The position numbers were made by a program, and so were the translations under genes. The notes under the pieces are model-generated. The model did not search any database and was not told the DNA's origin. It worked only from the letters and a program-made list of their open reading frames with translations. Shown piece after piece: positions 61,301-64,000 of a stretch of DNA of 64,000 bases; the stretch's first letter is position 1; every line of letters begins with the position of its first letter. The DNA comes from Eledone cirrhosa (taxonomy: Eukaryota), in NCBI GenBank assembly GCA_964016885.1, contig OZ024743.1:178746001-178810000 (forward strand), read 5' to 3'.

Positions 61301-64000
61301 ACAACACCACCACCACAACCACTACCCCCAACATCATCATCATCAACGACAACACCACCACCACAACCACTACCCCCAACATCATCATCATCAACGACAA
61401 CACCACCACCACAACCACTAACACCAACATCATCATCATCAACGACAACACCACCACCACAACCACTACCCCCAACATCATCATCATCAACGACAACACC
61501 ACCACCACAACCACTAACCCCAACATCATAATCATCAACGACACCACCACCACCACAACCACTACCCCAACATCATCATCATCAACGACAACACCACCAC
61601 CACAACCACTACCCCCAACATCATCATCATCAACGATAACACCACCACCACAGCCACTAACCCCAACATCATCATCATCAACGACAACACCACCACCACA
61701 ACCACTAACCCCAACATCATCATCATCAACGACAACACCACCACCAAAACCACTAACCCCAACATCATCATCATCAACGACAACACCACCACCACAACTA
61801 CTACCCCAACATCATCATCATCAACGACAATACCACCGCCACAACCACTACCCCCAACATCATCATCAACGACAACACCACCACCACAACCACTACCCCA
61901 ACATCATCATCATCAACGACAACACCACCACCACATCCTCTACCCCCAACATCATCATCATCAACGACAACACCACCACCACAACTACTACCCCAACATC
62001 ATCATCATCAACGACAACACCACCACCACAACCACTACCCCAAAATCATCATCATCAACGACAACACCACCACCACAACCACTACCCCCAACATCATCAT
62101 CATCAACGAGAACACCACCACCACAACCACTACCCCAACATCATCATCATCAACGACAACACCACCACCACAACCTCTACCCCCAACATCATCATCATCA
62201 ACGACAACACCACCACCACAACTACTACCCCAACATCATCATCATCAACGACAACACCACCGCCACAACCACTACCCCCAACATCATCATCATCAACGAC
62301 AACACCACCACCACAACCACTACCCCAACATCATCATCATCAACGACAACACCACCACCACAACCACTACTCCCAACATCATCATCATCAACGACACCAC
62401 CACAAAAACTACCCCATCATCATCATCATCAACGACACCACCACCACCAGAAACCGCTAACCCCAACATCATCATCATCAACGACAACACCACCACCACA
62501 ACCGCTAACCCCAACATCATCATCAACGACAACACCACCACCACAACCACTACCCCCAACATCATCATCATCAACGATAACACCACCACCACAACCGCTA
62601 CCCCCAACATCATCATCATCAACGATAACACCACCACCACAACCGCTACCCCCAACATCATCATCAACGACAACACCACCACCACAAACACTACCCCCAA
62701 CATCATCATCATCAACGATAACACCACCACCACAACCGCTACCCCCAACATCATCATCAACGACAACACCACCACCACAACCACTACCCTCAACATCATC
62801 ATCATCAGCGACAACACCACCACCACAACCATTAAGCCCAACATCATCATCATCAACGACAACACCACCAGCACAACCACTACCCCCAACATCATCATCA
62901 TCAACGACAACACCACCACCACAACCACTACCCCCAACATCATCATCATCAGCGACAACACCACCACCACAACCATTAAGCCCAACATCATCATCATCAA
63001 CGACAACACCACCACCACAACCACTACCCCAACATCTTCATCATCAACGACAACACCACCACCACAAGCACTACCCCAACATCATCATCATCAGCGACAA
63101 CACCACCACCACAACCATTAAGCCCAACATCATCATCCTCAACGACAACACCACCACCACAACCACTACCCCAACATCATCATCATCAACGACAACACCA
63201 CCAGCACAACCACTACCCCCAACATCATCATCCTCAACGACAACACCACCACCACAACCACTACCCCCAACATCATCATCATCAACGACAACACCACCAC
63301 CACAACCACTACCCCCAACATCATCATCATCAACGACAACACCACCACCACAACCACTACCCCCAACATCATCATCATCAACGACAACACCACCACCACA
63401 ACCACTACCCCCAACATCATCATCATCAACGACAACACCACCACCACAACCACTACCCCCAACATCATCATCATCAGCGACAACACCACCACCACAACCA
63501 CTACCCCCAACATCATCATCATCAACGACAACACCACCACCACAACCACTACCCCCAACATCATCATCATCAACGACAACACCACCACCACAACCACTAC
63601 CCCCAACATCATCATCATCAGCGACAACACCACCACCACAACCACTACCCCCAACATCATCATCATCAACGACAACACCACCACCACAACCACTACCCCC
63701 AACATCATCATCATCAGCGACAACACCACCACCACAACCACTACCCCCAACATCATCATCATCAACGACAACACCACCACCACAACCACTACCCCCAACA
63801 TCATCATCATCAACGACAACCCCACCACCACAACCACTAACCCCAACATCATCATCATCAACGACAACACCACCACCACAACCACTACCCCCAACATCAT
63901 CATCATCAACGACACCACCACCGCCACAACCACTACCCCCAACATCATCATCCTCAACGACAACACCACCACCACAACCACTACCCCCAACATCATCATC
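7388..64000. repeat. 48-bp satellite array (>56 kb, roughly 1,200 monomers), consensus AACATCATCATCATCAACGACAACACCACCACCACAACCACTACCCCC
   Basis: Uninterrupted head-to-tail monomers of 44-51 bp, varying mainly in ATC count and C4/C5 run; continues past the window end. Confidence 0.99.

Noticed and set aside
7730-63850. TAACCC variants as telomeric (TTAGGG)n repeats
   Set aside because: Occur singly as a one-base variant of TACCCC within monomers, never in tandem.
7184-63999. Many minus-strand Met/Val-rich 'membrane protein' or DDDDVGGSGCGGG ORFs
   Set aside because: Direct translations of the reverse-complement satellite monomer.
7388-64000. CRISPR-like array
   Set aside because: No unique spacers, monomers are contiguous, no cas genes, eukaryotic context.

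Overview
Eukaryotic, repeat-dominated window with no host gene; an octopus/cephalopod host is inferred from the SINE and microsatellite landscape. Bases 1-7187 are a nest of transposable elements in (TA)n microsatellites. It holds a Penelope-like retroelement (PLE; RT + C-terminal GIY-YIG, one nonsense codon) with an inverted 3' fragment abutting its 5' end, a 750-bp GT-AG intron in its terminal non-coding region and a type I hammerhead-like fold with a non-canonical core (CAGAAGA instead of CUGANGA). A second, 336-bp antisense copy of that terminal region lacks exactly the intron but keeps the identical hammerhead. The nest also contains a twin-primed RTE-LINE 3' fragment, a tRNA-derived SINE, a ~1-kb non-autonomous Helitron with ~172-bp internal repeats and an RTE-like 5'UTR. 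After a 200-N gap (7188-7387), the rest (7388-64000) is one 48-bp, triplet-built, strongly strand-asymmetric satellite with nested higher-order repeats (about 93, 238, 287/335, 2.9k, 4.1k and 7.8k bp). All long ORFs there are repeat-translation artefacts.
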